Below, one piece after another: positions 14,121-26,309 of a stretch of 64,000 nucleotides of DNA. The notes under the pieces are model-generated. The model was not told the DNA's origin. It saw only the letters and a list, made by a program, of their open reading frames with translations, and ran no database searches. The stretch comes from Octopus bimaculoides. Lineage: Eukaryota. The position numbers were made by a program, and so were the translations under genes. Every line of letters begins with the position of its first letter. Position 1 is the stretch's first letter. The DNA lies in assembly GCF_001194135.2 (NCBI RefSeq), contig NC_068992.1:16480620-16544619 (forward strand). Reading direction: 5' to 3'.

Positions 14121-14231
14121 GTTGTTTGCTTAGAAGAAGCTTCTTTTCGTTGTGTATAAATTTATCGGAAACATGTAGGAGCATTTGGTTGGGAAGCNNN
14201 NNNNNNNTATACATATTTATATATATATATA

Positions 14232-14790
14232 TATATATAACCTTTAGCACAAGGAAACTATGCTGAATCTATGGACGATATTTCTACTTAGCCGTCCGGA
14301 TTTCAATTCTCAACTGTGTTCATGCTATAATGCAGAGCTCGGGGCTGATGTGCGGGGCTACAACAGGAAGATTGCATCAAGGGAACAGCGGACCACCTGC
14401 GAGAGACTGAATAAACTACTATTCTTCGTCTTTGAGCGAAGACAGAAGACGTATGCAGTGATCTAACCATGGAAGATCCTAGAGTAGCTAGCACCAAACT
14501 TTGGCATCAAGAACTATACTAAACTCCAAACTGGATGTCACTGCACTGTTCCAACGATCCTAGCTATCCCGTATAGAGTGAGGATCATATACTGCATTAG
14601 TTTAGGCTTGAAGGTCCTACAGCTATTTACTGCGTTGCCAAAGTATATGAGGGATCTTCACGGAGTAGGAAATGTGTTCTAGAAACAACCTGATTTTTTG
14701 TTGTCCAAGGTTCCAGGTGAACCTATATCACAGCAAGATATTCAAAGGAGGCCAGCAGTATCGAAACTCTTTCATTTGCCAAAAGCCAAT
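14232..14790 (+). mobile_element. 5'-truncated CR1/L2-clade LINE 3' fragment (same family as 110-785)
   Basis: Translates ETMLNLWTIFLLSRPDFNSQL...ERLNKL..FERRQKTYAVI*PWKILE*LAPNFGI...QLFTALPKYMRDLHGVG..LLSKVPGEP. Confidence 0.85.
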
Positions 14791-15014
14791 CGTGTGGGTA
14801 TGGCCACTAAAAAGATGATAACACTGGCGATTCTCCAGCGTGGCCACATCTTTCGAGCTGAAACATATAAAACAATAAAACAATATGTATATATGTATTT
14901 ATACATGTACGTATATATATGTGCGTGTGTGTGTGTATGCGCACATTTACACACACACAGATAAGGCACTTAGAGTCATCGGTCTGCTAGCGACATCAGT
15001 ACTTTCTATTTTAT

Positions 15015-15890
15015 GCCCAAGTGTTCGGACAAGATGTAGGCATGTTGCTGTCACCCCTATGTCTGAAAGCTGCAGTATGGTATATCTGTTGTTTATCAGT
15101 TCATGGAATTTTCAGAAATCCAAGAGACATATAATACAGTTATGCAAATGCTCAACTCTTAATCTAAGTTTAATTAATAACCTATAAATTAGATTAGCTG
15201 TGTATCTCACCGAGCTTCAAAAATATTACTTCTAAATACTTTATCCTTTGCATCAAATGAGATTAGATTGATTTTGATGTTACTTTGGATTTGTAGGNNN
15301 NNNNNNNNNNNNNNNNNNNNNNNNNNNNNNNNNNNNNNNNNNNNNNNNNNNNNNNNNNNNNNNNNNNNNNNNNNNNNNNNNNNNNNNNNNNNNNNNNNNN
15401 NNNNNNNNNNNNNNNNNNNNNNNNNNNNNNNNNNNNNNNNNNNNNNNNNNNNNNNNNNNNNNNNNNNNNNNNNNNNNNNNNNNNNNNNNNNNNNNNNNNN
15501 NNNNNNNNNNNNNNNNNNNNNNNNNNNNNNNNNNNNNNNNNNNNNNNNNNNNNNNNNNNNNNNNNNNNNNNNNNNNNNNNNNNNNNNNNNNNNNNNNNNN
15601 NNNNNNNNNNNNNNNNNNNNNNNNNNNNNNNNNNNNNNNNNNNNNNNNNNNNNNNNNNNNNNNNNNNNNNNNNNNNNNNNNNNNNNNNNNNNNNNNNNNN
15701 NNNNNNNNNNNNNNNNNNNNNNNNNNNNNNNNNNNNNNNNNNNNNNNNNNNNNNNNNNNNNNNNNNNNNNNNNNNNNNNNNNNNNNNNNNNNNNNNNNNN
15801 NNNNNNNNNNNNNNNNNNNNNNNNNNNNNNNNNNNNNNNAAAAAAACTGATTTGCTGATAAAAAACAATAGTCCGTTCCTCTGTTTAGGA
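15015..15890 (+). repeat. Copy 2 of local duplication (contains N gap 15298-15839)
   Basis: See 13386-14120. Confidence 0.9.
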
Positions 15891-17060
15891 ATGGAAACCG
15901 TAATCTTGCGATCCTGATCACCATACTTCTAACCACAAGGTCACATTCTATTACAGATTTCATGCAAACAGAAATAATCCAGTAAGAAAAATTGTAAAAC
16001 ATTAGTGCGACAATTTAGAACATATTAATTTATATTCGTGGGCGATTACAGATGTGCCGAACTTCTAGTGAAGTTGAACACTTCTATGTTGTTTTTTGTT
16101 ACATTTGGAATGAAAGCCAAAGTTTCTTTGATGCAAAGAATTGGTGAACATTTTAAATTGCTATATTTAGTTATATTTCTATTAACAATACAGTATACTA
16201 CATTTAAGTGTGATTTACGAGGAAATGTAAAAGTGACAGAAACAATATATCGTATATGTTGTCTCTCAAACGAAGAATATTTAAAAGTTACATTCATGTC
16301 TTCATGCAAAATAACAATAACTTTTATAGCTAGAGAAATAATATATATTAATAAAATATTGAATAAAGAATGCTATTGAATATGCAGCTATATCTTATTA
16401 TGTGTCATTTTTTTTCATTTAAAGCTAAAGGTTTTCATGGCAACAGTAGAAAAGGTGAAGCAGTGTTTTATTTTGAAATATATCTGGCTGCCAATTGGAT
16501 ATCATTAATTTTGTGTCATTGATATTAATAATCTTCCGCTGTTACCAGCTCTCAGAAACTACACCTGCTACATCATATAGCTTGCATTAAATTCCAGCAA
16601 CAACTATAGTGTTCATTTTCATTCTTCAACTGCTTGAAAGAAAGCATCAATTTATTCATACTCAACTGTCTTTACAATTAAAAAAAGAAACTAGAAATTT
16701 GATGTAAAATATTTGAATTATTTTGCAACATTAAAAGAACTGAAATTCATATTGGAAGATATTTCATTTTTATACATAGCTGCCTACAAACAATATCGAA
16801 GGCTTTAGTTTTTAATAGATACATACAAAATTTAAAATGGGGTTAATCAATTTATCAGATGCGCAGTGGTATTAAGGTATGTTACAAAAGGAATTCGTGG
16901 ACGCAGCAAAGATTTAGGAATTTTTTAAAATAAAAATCCATCGACACGATGTCACGGTTAGCGTTTAACAATATTGTCATCAATTCAGAGATATATCTCT
17001 CTTGAAGGAATATCTGGCACTTGCGATCCACGACCTAACTAGGAAGATTCGGTATATATA

Positions 17061-17269
17061 TGATTGACCATTATTATGATTGACCGTTGACTGAACACTA
17101 TTCAATTTTTTTTCTCCGTGTTTTTTCTCCTTGTCTCCGTATTCTTTCTGTTGAAGAGCGTAGCTCGAAACGTCAAAGACTTTCCGTATTCCCGAGCGTC
17201 ATACTAATATATACTTTTGTTATTTACACCACCTGTCCTCGTCTGTTGTTATTTTTTGTATATTCTCTC
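17061..17269 (+). mobile_element. Young ~200-bp Penelope-type mini-element with hammerhead-like motif, copy A
   Basis: Near-identical reverse complement of the copies at 35350, 38279 and 53195; flanked by (TA)n; contains TCTTT-CTGTTGA-A-GAGCGTAGCTC-GAA-ACGTC-AAAGA. Confidence 0.85.
17143..17179 (+). ncRNA. Minimal type I hammerhead ribozyme-like motif (variant core CUGUUGA; predicted GUC cleavage 17174/17175)
   Basis: Stem I UCUUU/AAAGA, stem II GAGC/GCUC with a GUA loop, GAA, and palindromic ACGU stem III followed by C. One core substitution (A6U) and an extra A after A9. Confidence 0.55.
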
Positions 17270-18029
17270 ATATATATATATATANNNNNNNNNNNNNNNN
17301 NNNNNNNNNNNNNNNNNNNNNNNNNNNNNNNNNNNNNNNNNNNNNNNNNNNNNNNNNNNNNNNNNNNNNNNNNNNNNNNNNNNNNNNNNNNNNNNNNNNN
17401 NNNNNNNNNNNNNNNNNNNNNNNNNNNNNNNNNNNNNNNNNNNNNNNNNNNNNNNNNNNNNNNNNNNNNNNNNNNNNNNNNNNNNNNNNNNNNNNNNNNN
17501 NNNNNNNNNNNNNNNNNNNNNNNNNNNNNNNNNNNNNNNNNNNNNNNNNNNNNNNNNNNNNNNNNNNNNNNNNNNNNNNNNNNNNNNNNNNNNNNNNNNN
17601 NNNNNNNNNNNNNNNNNNNNNNNNNNNNNNNNNNNNNNNNNNNNNNNNNNNNNNNNNNNNNNNNNNNNNNNNNNNNNNNNNNNNNNNNNNNNNNNNNNNN
17701 NNNNNNNNNNNNNNNNNNNNNNNNNNNNNNNNNNNNNNNNNNNNNNNNNNNNNNNNNNNNNNNNNNNNNNNNNNNNNNNNNNNNNNNNNNNNNNNNNNNN
17801 NNNNNNNNNNNNNNNNNNNNNNNNNNNNNNNNNNNNNNNNNNNNNNNNNNNNNNNNNNNNNNNNNNNNNNNNNNNNNNNNNNNNNNNNNNNNNNNNNNNN
17901 NNNNNNNNNNNNNNNNNNNNNNNNNNNNNNNNNNNNNNNNNNNNNNNNNNNNNNNNNNNNNNNNNNNNNNNNNNNNNNNNNNNNNNNNNNNNNNNNNNNN
18001 NNNNNNNNNNNNNNNNNNNNNNNNNNNNN

Positions 18030-18066
<37 letters not shown>

Positions 18067-20139
18067 TATTTTATTTTGTAGAATGCTGCTAATCATTGTG
18101 GAAAAGCGTTTGTACACTGTGTATTTTATGTCTAGTGTATATTTTTTGCGCAAGCGCTTTCGTTTTTCATCTTTTCAGACACACGTCTTCCAGGGTAATC
18201 CACAAAGAGGAAGTTATTGCTTGTAATGGTGTTAATTATTTCCGGTTTATTGTTGGATTAACATTTTTATAAAGTATTCTTTTATATTTCGTAATTGATT
18301 ATATTTCTCTCAGTTGATCTTCATTGATCTAACATTTTGTAACACAGGAACACTTTAAATCGTTGAATCTTTTAAATTAAATGTTGACACTTCTAAACGT
18401 TGACTGTTAGCAGTTTAGTTCCAGATTTAGAATTCTTATAAAGTATGCTTTTGCTTTTCGTAGTTTATAATTTCCATCTTTTATTTTCTCAAAAAGAAAT
18501 ACTTTAAATTTTCTATTTACAAAAATGTTTAGACTTTTACTACATGGAATATTTCTAAACGATTAGAGTTTTTGTTTCACAATTCATATTCGCATTCATT
18601 TTAAATTCCCCTTCTTAAATCATTTGGTTGTTCGTTGCTCAGTCATTCCATATGCTCTAGAGCGAGGGTCTCCACGGTTTCTTTCTTGTATTATCTCTTT
18701 CTCCGATGTGAGACTCGCATTTGTTAGAAATCTCTTGAGATTTAGTTGTTGATTTCGACTGTTCATTTGTGATTTTTTTTTATAATTATTTCTCGGAGAT
18801 TTGATGCCTTGCGTAGAATTGGCTGAATGCAGAATATTGTGGTTCCAAGAATTATGGGTGACTACAAATGTAATATCTATACCTGAATTTTCGTATTCAC
18901 CCTTATTATGTTACTCCTTAACCTATAGATTGGCGGCATTTTTCTATCTTGGTTATGGTATGATGTATTATCATTGTGGAGTATTTCTGTTTTTACAGGA
19001 ACGGATTTAGTTCTACCAGTTGTTAAGAAAAGTAAAAATAAACGCAAATTTCAATCTATGAACAGTGTAATGTAAGAATTTTCCTTGACATCTACATAAA
19101 CGTATTGGGAAGCTTATATTTAAGAAACGGTAACTATCTTATTTTCTGTGGCATACAACTATGAAGTATTTGCTCTTTAAAGAAAACTACAATAAATTTT
19201 GATTCATAATTTGGCACAGGTATATAAATTGTGAAAAAAGTGTCCTAGTCGATAGAATCAGCCGGCATGTACCATTATGACTTTTTTTTACATCGATCTT
19301 GGGAGGATGTGTATATTACAAAACTGATTGTAGCAAAATGCGAAATCGAAAGTATTGGTGATATTAGTGGTGGTATTGCTATTGTTAGAAATAGTAATAT
19401 AGGTTTGCCTTTATCAAACAGTTTTATGATCGTTGCTATTCTAGTCCTAAGTATGCGATCATGCATTTTGACAATGTATCCATATTACTGAATTGAAAGT
19501 GCTGGCCGTTTCATTTTCTATAGACGGTAAAGTATCATTTCAGTGAGGAGTACTAAACTTTATCGCTGATTGTAGCAGGAAGAGCATTAGTAAATTTTAT
19601 CATTGATGGTGGCAACGATGGTTGTGATATTAGTGTTGATATTCTATCCGCTTTTGTTTTGCTTGTTTTTGTTTTGGCTTTTGGTTCTATTACATGTTAC
19701 ATAGAATTCATTTCGATGCATTTGTCAGGATAATAAAGCTGATTTTCATTAGGTTGTACGAATGTTTTACCGGGTAAATTTTTCGATTAGATGCGATTGT
19801 TACGATTTCTATACACATATGATAAGACCTGGGATAAATCATCTGATCCGAAAATTAAAGAATGAATACGCTTAATATAACAAATGTGAAAAATATTGTT
19901 TTACTGAAAACAAGACACGACTTGCTAGTTTCTGTATAAGGGCTTCAAATGCTTTATTCTAAAGTTACACACATACATTAAGAGGATGAACAATATTGTG
20001 GTCACGTGCTTTGTTTTATAAATAGGATTGATGTAATAGACTAGTAACTTATTATAATATTTCAGGTCTTATGCCTATATTAAAAAAGGATTAGACGTGT
20101 TATGCTTATATTAAAAAGGATTATCATTATAATCATTAT

Positions 20140-20344
20140 AAAGGCGGTGACACAATGGTTAGCATGCCGGACAAAATTCTCAACAGTATTTCCTCCGCCT
20201 TTACGCTATGAGTTCAAATTCCACCAAGATCGACTTTGCCTTTGATGCTTCTGTGGTCGATGGAATAAGTACTGATCAAATACTGGGGTATTCGATTTTC
20301 GTCCGCCCGCAAAAGTTCAGGCCTTGTGCCTATAGTAGAAAGGC

Positions 20345-20345
<1 letters not shown>
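20140..20345 (+). mobile_element. SINE family A copy followed by (TAT)n tail
   Basis: ggcggtgac...gttagcatgccggacaaaat...gagttcaaattccacc..gatcgactttgcctttg. Confidence 0.8.
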
Positions 20346-20404
<59 letters not shown>

Positions 20405-20405
<1 letters not shown>

Positions 20406-20600
20406 GACAGCGAGCTGGCAGAATTGTTAGCACGCGGTATTTCACCCGTCTTTACGTTCTGAATTCAAATTACGCCGTGGTCGACTTTGCTATTCTCATT
20501 TCGGGGTCGATAAATCAAGTACCAGTGAAAGACTGTGGTCGATGTAATCGACTAGTCCCCTCCTCCAAAATTTCAGGCCTTGTGCCTTTAGTAGAAAGGA
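20405..20600 (+). mobile_element. SINE family A copy followed by (TTA)n
   Basis: gcgagctggcagaattgttagcac...gttctgaattcaaattacgccgtggtcgactttg...ttcggggtcgataaa. Confidence 0.85.
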
Positions 20601-20623
20601 TTATTATTATTATTATTATTATT

Positions 20624-21080
20624 GTTCAGTAGTTTTATTTTTATAACGTGCTTTCACTTCACTACCGAGCGCAGCTCTGTGCGCCTTGGGTATGTGCTGT
20701 GGTTTGCTGTGATGCTCTTATGGCTACTGTATTGAAAGTGTTTTGCGTAGGATGTGTGCTGTGCCCAGCAGTGCAATTTTCTGTATGTTATATATATTTG
20801 TAAGTCCTGGTGTTTTTGTTATGTATTTGTCTGAATATTTTTTTATTTTACCTAAGGCACCTACTATAATAGGAATTGTTTCTGTTTTTAGATTCCACAT
20901 TCGAGTTACCTCTATTTCCAGGTCTTTGTATTTTGAAAGTGTTTCCNNNNNNNNNNTTTAGATTCCACATTCGAGTTACCTCTATTTCCAGGTCTTTGTA
21001 TTTTGAAAGTTTTTCCATTTCTTTTAGATAGACGTTGTCATCTGCTGGTATTGATACATCAATTAGAAAGCATTTACATT
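20624..21080 (-). mobile_element. 5'-truncated RLE-type non-LTR retrotransposon (R4/Dong-like) 3' end abutting (TAA)n
   Basis: Minus translation KCFLIDVSIPADDNVYLKEMEKLSKYKDLEIEVTRMWNLKTETIPIIVGALGKIKKYSDKYITKTPGLTNIYNIQKIALLGTAHILRKTLSIQ*, a restriction-like endonuclease C-terminus. About 54 bp is duplicated across the 10-N gap at 20947-20956. Confidence 0.85.
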
Positions 21081-21149
21081 TTTTTAAAAAATTATTATTA
21101 TCACCTAGCTGGAGGTGCAGTCAGTTTATGTTTAATTCACTTGTTTTAA

Positions 21150-21900
21150 AAGGCTCTATACTGTATGTTGTTGGTTAAATCGTTTTGCAAGCCTGAAACC
21201 TTTCTGGGGAGCTGAAGTTTGTTAACCAAAGCGCCATTTAAAACTATTTTTCTTCAAATTCTTATGGAAATTTGCTTCGAAGTAAGTAAACATCGAAGAT
21301 GGCGACGAAAAGTGGGTGTCAGGAAGGAAGATGAGGAAACAAGAACAAGTACGTATACACAGAGAAACAAGTATGCACGCACCCCCCACACATATAGCGG
21401 AACAAGCACGCACATGAACAACAACAAGTACGCACGCACAACCCATTATCTTTCTCTTCCCATTTTGATACGTCAACTGACTGTTGACAAGACAAACGTG
21501 GTCACAGAAGTTACCGAGTTCATTGTTTACGTTTTTCGAGTCAAAACAAAAGATCGCCCAAAATTGTCGATATTAAAGTTTTTAAGTTTGCTTGAGATGT
21601 TCGTGTGTATGCCCAGTTCGAGAAGACAGTAATGTTTTTGCAATAAACAAGGTGTTTACATTTTCAAATAGGGAGAAAGGAAAGAAAAGAAAAGAAGAGT
21701 AAACTTTTCCAAAAATGTTGTAGATATTAAAGTTTTAAGATTTACTAAAGATGGTCTTTTGTATGTCCGCACAGAGAAAGTTGTAGAGTTCTTAGAAAAG
21801 GTTGTTTAAATTTTCGAATAATCAGGGAGACAAGAAAAGAGAGGTATTCATAGAAGTTGTAGATATTAAAGTTTTTAAAGCTGACCGTTTGTGTGTTCGA
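21150..21900. repeat. Unclassified interspersed repeat with ~140-150 bp internal subrepeats
   Basis: The motif ttgt.gatattaaagtttt.aag recurs at ~21565, ~21717 and ~21857; short aacaag(t/c)a(c/t)gcac repeats at 21340-21440. Confidence 0.5.
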
Positions 21901-23049
21901 AAACTGTAGATATATGTAAGTTTCTTAACTTACTTTGAGGGAAATTTAAAATGCTCCCAGGAAATTATAGATATTTGCTTTTCAGTTGTCCTGCTGGGTT
22001 GTATTAGTGTTTCAGTGTCTTCGGCTGCTGACTGGTCAGAGCAGTGAAGAACAGGTCCAGCCACTGCCAAGGCTGGTGCTATTATTTTCGTCGTAATTGT
22101 CGTTGTTGACGTTGGGTTTGAAAGTGAAAGACGTGTTAAATAAATAATTTTGGCTTTTGTTGTACCTTTTTGAGAGAAAGCTAACTAGTATTTCCTGATG
22201 CTAGTCGGCTTTGTGAAATACGTGTTCCTTCGAGGCAAAATTTTGAATGTTTTTGAACTGGAATTTTATATCTTTAAAACGAAAAATAAATAGGGCTTCG
22301 CAAATTGAGTGGTGGGTTATTAACTCTTCCAACAGCCAATTTAATATTTATTTTCCACTACTAGCAGTTAACATAGAATGTATGAACGATAAGAGCAACA
22401 TCGACGGCAACAATAGCAACAATAAAACCACCACAAATGAACAGATTACAATGAAACACTACCACTGCTACTCTCACCAGTGCCAACCGAAATAACAACA
22501 GAATAAAAATTGGGCAAAATAGCAATGAGCATTAAGCACGCACACAAACAAAAAGAATACTTAAATTGTCGCTTCGATATCCCTGCAAGTTCTGCCCCCA
22601 ACACCATGCCCACCATTAAAACCAACATAATATAAATTCATGATGCTACTATTAATAAGTTCAATGTTACTGGAATCGCAAAGTTGTGTAGCAGGAAGGA
22701 TAAATGATAAATCGAAACTGAAAAATCTAGTGACTATACTTGAGGGAAATATAATAACAAATATTGCAGAACCATCTGGTAAGGGAACTACCAAAAAAAA
22801 AATGCTCAGTATAAATCCATAGGAATAAATGACCCAAAATAGAGCAAGCAATAACACAAACCAGTCTAGGGTAGCGAATCGTACGTTGCAAAAGGAGAAA
22901 TACTCTGTAACGTGTAGGTGAAATTTTCAATTTGATTTCAATAATTCTCACAAATTACCGTTCATTTTTAACAATACAACTATGATATAGCCTAGATGCA
23001 AATAGATAAATGTAAAGTTTATTTTATTATTCTTACTAATTTGGTACAA

Positions 23050-23250
23050 AGCTAATAATTTTGTGGAAGGGAAGGGGGAAACAGCTTATATCAACCCCAA
23101 TGTTCACAGTCACTCGTCTTAATGACCGGAAAAGATGCAAACCGAAATCAGCATCTGAGGAATTTGAACTCAGAGGGTAATTGCTCGGAAGAAAATCGCT
23201 ATTCATTTTGCCTGATGAATTTTGTCTAATGCGGTAACGGTTTGACCAGG
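23050..23250 (-). mobile_element. Degenerate SINE family A copy
   Basis: ggaaaagatgcaaaccgaaatcagcatctgaggaatttgaactcagag...aatcgcta..cattttgcctg. Confidence 0.65.
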
Positions 23251-24224
23251 TCTGCACCTTAAATAGTTCACAATACTGTAATATGAGGACTGGCCAATAT
23301 TAACAGTATTGCTGTTTATTAGTGGAGAATGTTTTTGATGATGAGGAAAAGAGAGATGGAATATGAACACACAAGGTTATCCTATATAATAGCGTCAAAT
23401 CGGATTCTACAAGAAATGCACCAGCGCTGGGTGGTTGGTTATTCAACAAAGCCTTCACATCAGTAACATTTGCAATCGCATTCACGTGTCCTATAAAGTG
23501 GCCTCCGATATGTAACACACTGCCTAAATACCAATCTTGAGAAATGAGGGTTCTCAAAACCAAAGAGGAGAAAGCTATTTCGAAGACTACAGATCCAGTT
23601 CATTACTGTAATTGTAAAAATCTGTACAACTTGCTAGAAGTTTATCATTTAAATATATATAGGCATGTCTAGATATGCAATTATATGCATGAGAATACAT
23701 ACATAAATCAAAATATACAAATCTGCACATATACATACATACACAAATACACTGTCGTTTATGTTGGAATTCCAATGAAGGAGCCTTAGATCTAGTTTAG
23801 AAACCGGCTCTTTCTCTACTGGAAAGACATCTTGAAATAAAACTGAACAATGACATACATACATACATACATGCACACACACATTCATACATAAGTTAGT
23901 GGTGTACAGCATAGCAAAGAAAAATGACTTCATCTATATATGACTATCGCTTTACTTACATTATTAATTACTGTTCTAAACGATCTTTCCGTTAAAATGG
24001 CAAGGTTTTGTCACCGAGACAAAGCAATGATTCGATTGTTTTGCCTTCCTATTGATACGATATAGCTGCAATGTAGCTGGACAATTACTTTATTGTTTTC
24101 GGGACTATAATTCAATGAATATAAATTCTTTACTTAGAATATTTACTTGTGATAGAAGACATATTGAGAAACAAATCATGTACCGGTGAACGAACAATCC
24201 CAGTTACTTGGCTAGCGTATAAAA

Positions 24225-24770
24225 ATAAATGCAGAGCTGGCTGTGACGTAAGAAATTTGTTTCCGAATTAAATGGGACCGCGTTCAGTCCCACTGCATGC
24301 CATCTTGGGTAGGCCGTCTAGGCACACCAAAGCCACGTGAGTAGATTTCGGTCGATTGAAAGTGAAAAAGGCTGTTGTATATATCCTTTCCGTATAAGAG
24401 CGTAGGCTCCAAATGTTAAATACTTCTAATTTTCCTATGCGGCAGCATAATACATCTACTTGCTTCAGTTTTTCTTTTATCTCATCTCTGTGTTTTTGTT
24501 TTATTTTTGTACTATATATATGTGTACGTGTGTGTGTTTGCATATGTGTGTAGATATCTATGTAATGTACATTTGTGTCTCACATTTGGTTTTAGTTTAG
24601 TTACAACCCACCCACACCATAATCCAGCTATTCGAAAAAACGGCCGATAGAATAAATACCAAGCTTTAAAGAATAAATCTGGAGTCGATTTGTTCGACTA
24701 AACCCTTGAAAACAGCATGACCATATTCTAATGACAGAAACAAGTATAAAATAACAGATAGAAGATAAAA
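24225..24770 (+). mobile_element. Fragmented SINE family B copy
   Basis: gcagagctggctgtgacgtaagaa...cgcgttcagtcccactgcatgccatcttgggtagg; later tail gccgatagaataaataccaagc..ggagtcgatttgttcgactaaaccc. Confidence 0.65.
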
Positions 24771-26250
24771 TAATTAATATCAATTCTATATAGTAATAAA
24801 TAATTACTATATATTAATAAATAATTTCCAAATTCATGAACAAAAATAGATTTAGTAGCTCCAACACTTAAAGAAACATTGACCAATCAGACGAATATGC
24901 ATTCCGTCTTTTTGAGATATGATAATTACAAGACACACCGTTATGCGTTTACAGATTCTAGTTCAAGGTTATAGATATGAGGAATAATTACACAAGTGTA
25001 AATACGTGAAATATATATCTCGTCCGAGTAACAGTGTTCTGAACACGGACCTCGTTTATTTCAACCTTGGAATAACCGCGACCATATTTTTTCAGAGGTC
25101 TGTATTCCGGTAAGCATTGGTGATTGAATTAGATGTAGCAAAAAAAAAAAAATGTTGCAGATGGAAACGGAGAAAGACGAGATATTTTATATCGTTGTTG
25201 TCTAATTTCGTTATTAACACTCTTACACTATGAAATAGTGTGCTTGTTCAGACAATTATCCAAATTTCGTATTTATTTATTACATTAAAGCCTGCATTTA
25301 ACAGAAATCAAATTCCACAGCAGGAAAGTAAGCAGGTAATTTCCTTTCTCTATGACAAAATATAGAATTCACTATAAATGAAATATTTCAAGTGTCTTTA
25401 TCAAAACATAAGAATGATTTAATGAAATATAAATCAGTTGAGATAAATAATTTGATTTCCTTGGTTGAGAACTATTTTATTGATATAATTATTGAGATTT
25501 AAAAGAAAATGACAAGTACATGATATAACTTAAGTCGCGTCTCATATAACAGTCATATGTCAAATACAAAATGAAATTTCATGCAACATTTCCATTTCCC
25601 CTTTATATGTTTAATATTTATCACTGATTTCATCGGAATCTGATATGATTGACAATTACAAATCCCAGTTTTACATCTCACTTCCTAATTTCAGCTTCCA
25701 TATCACCTAAATGATAAATCCAAGAAAAAAGTCAATTTTCTGATATAAAAAGTCAAAGACTATTTTAAACAATGCCTCCCACCTGAGTGATGGTCACAAG
25801 AAGAAATTATTGTCCAGCCTCTGTCTCAATGTCTAAGCAAAATATAGAAACAATTGAAGGCAACTCAAATGCAGGTTGAAGCAAACGTTTCTAGATAGAC
25901 ATTCGACAAAAGTGACAATGATGAAACAGTTCTAAAAAGAACTTTGGAAAGAAATACATACATATATATATACATACATACATACATATNNNNNNNNNNN
26001 NNNNNNNNNNNNNNNNNNNNNNNNNNNNNNNNNNNNNNNNNNNNNNNNNNNNNNNNNNNNNNNNNNNNNNNNNNNNNNNNNNNNNNNNNNNNNNNNNNNN
26101 NNNNNNNNNNNNNNNNNNNNNNNNNNNNNNNNNNNNNNNNNNNNNNNNNNTTTTATATTATATATTGTATATTCCATATTCTATATCCCACATTAATTTT
26201 ACAAGAATATAAATAAAACATAAAAAACAGACAGAGCTGGAACTCTTTTA

Positions 26251-26309
<59 letters not shown>

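Noticed and set aside
20888-21010. ~54-bp direct repeat flanking a 10-N gap
   Set aside because: Almost certainly an unmerged contig overlap (assembly artefact).
23300-23563. 87-aa minus-strand ORF (…DWYLGSVLHIGGHFIGHVN…)
   Set aside because: No convincing splice donor, no recognisable homology, and short enough to arise by chance.
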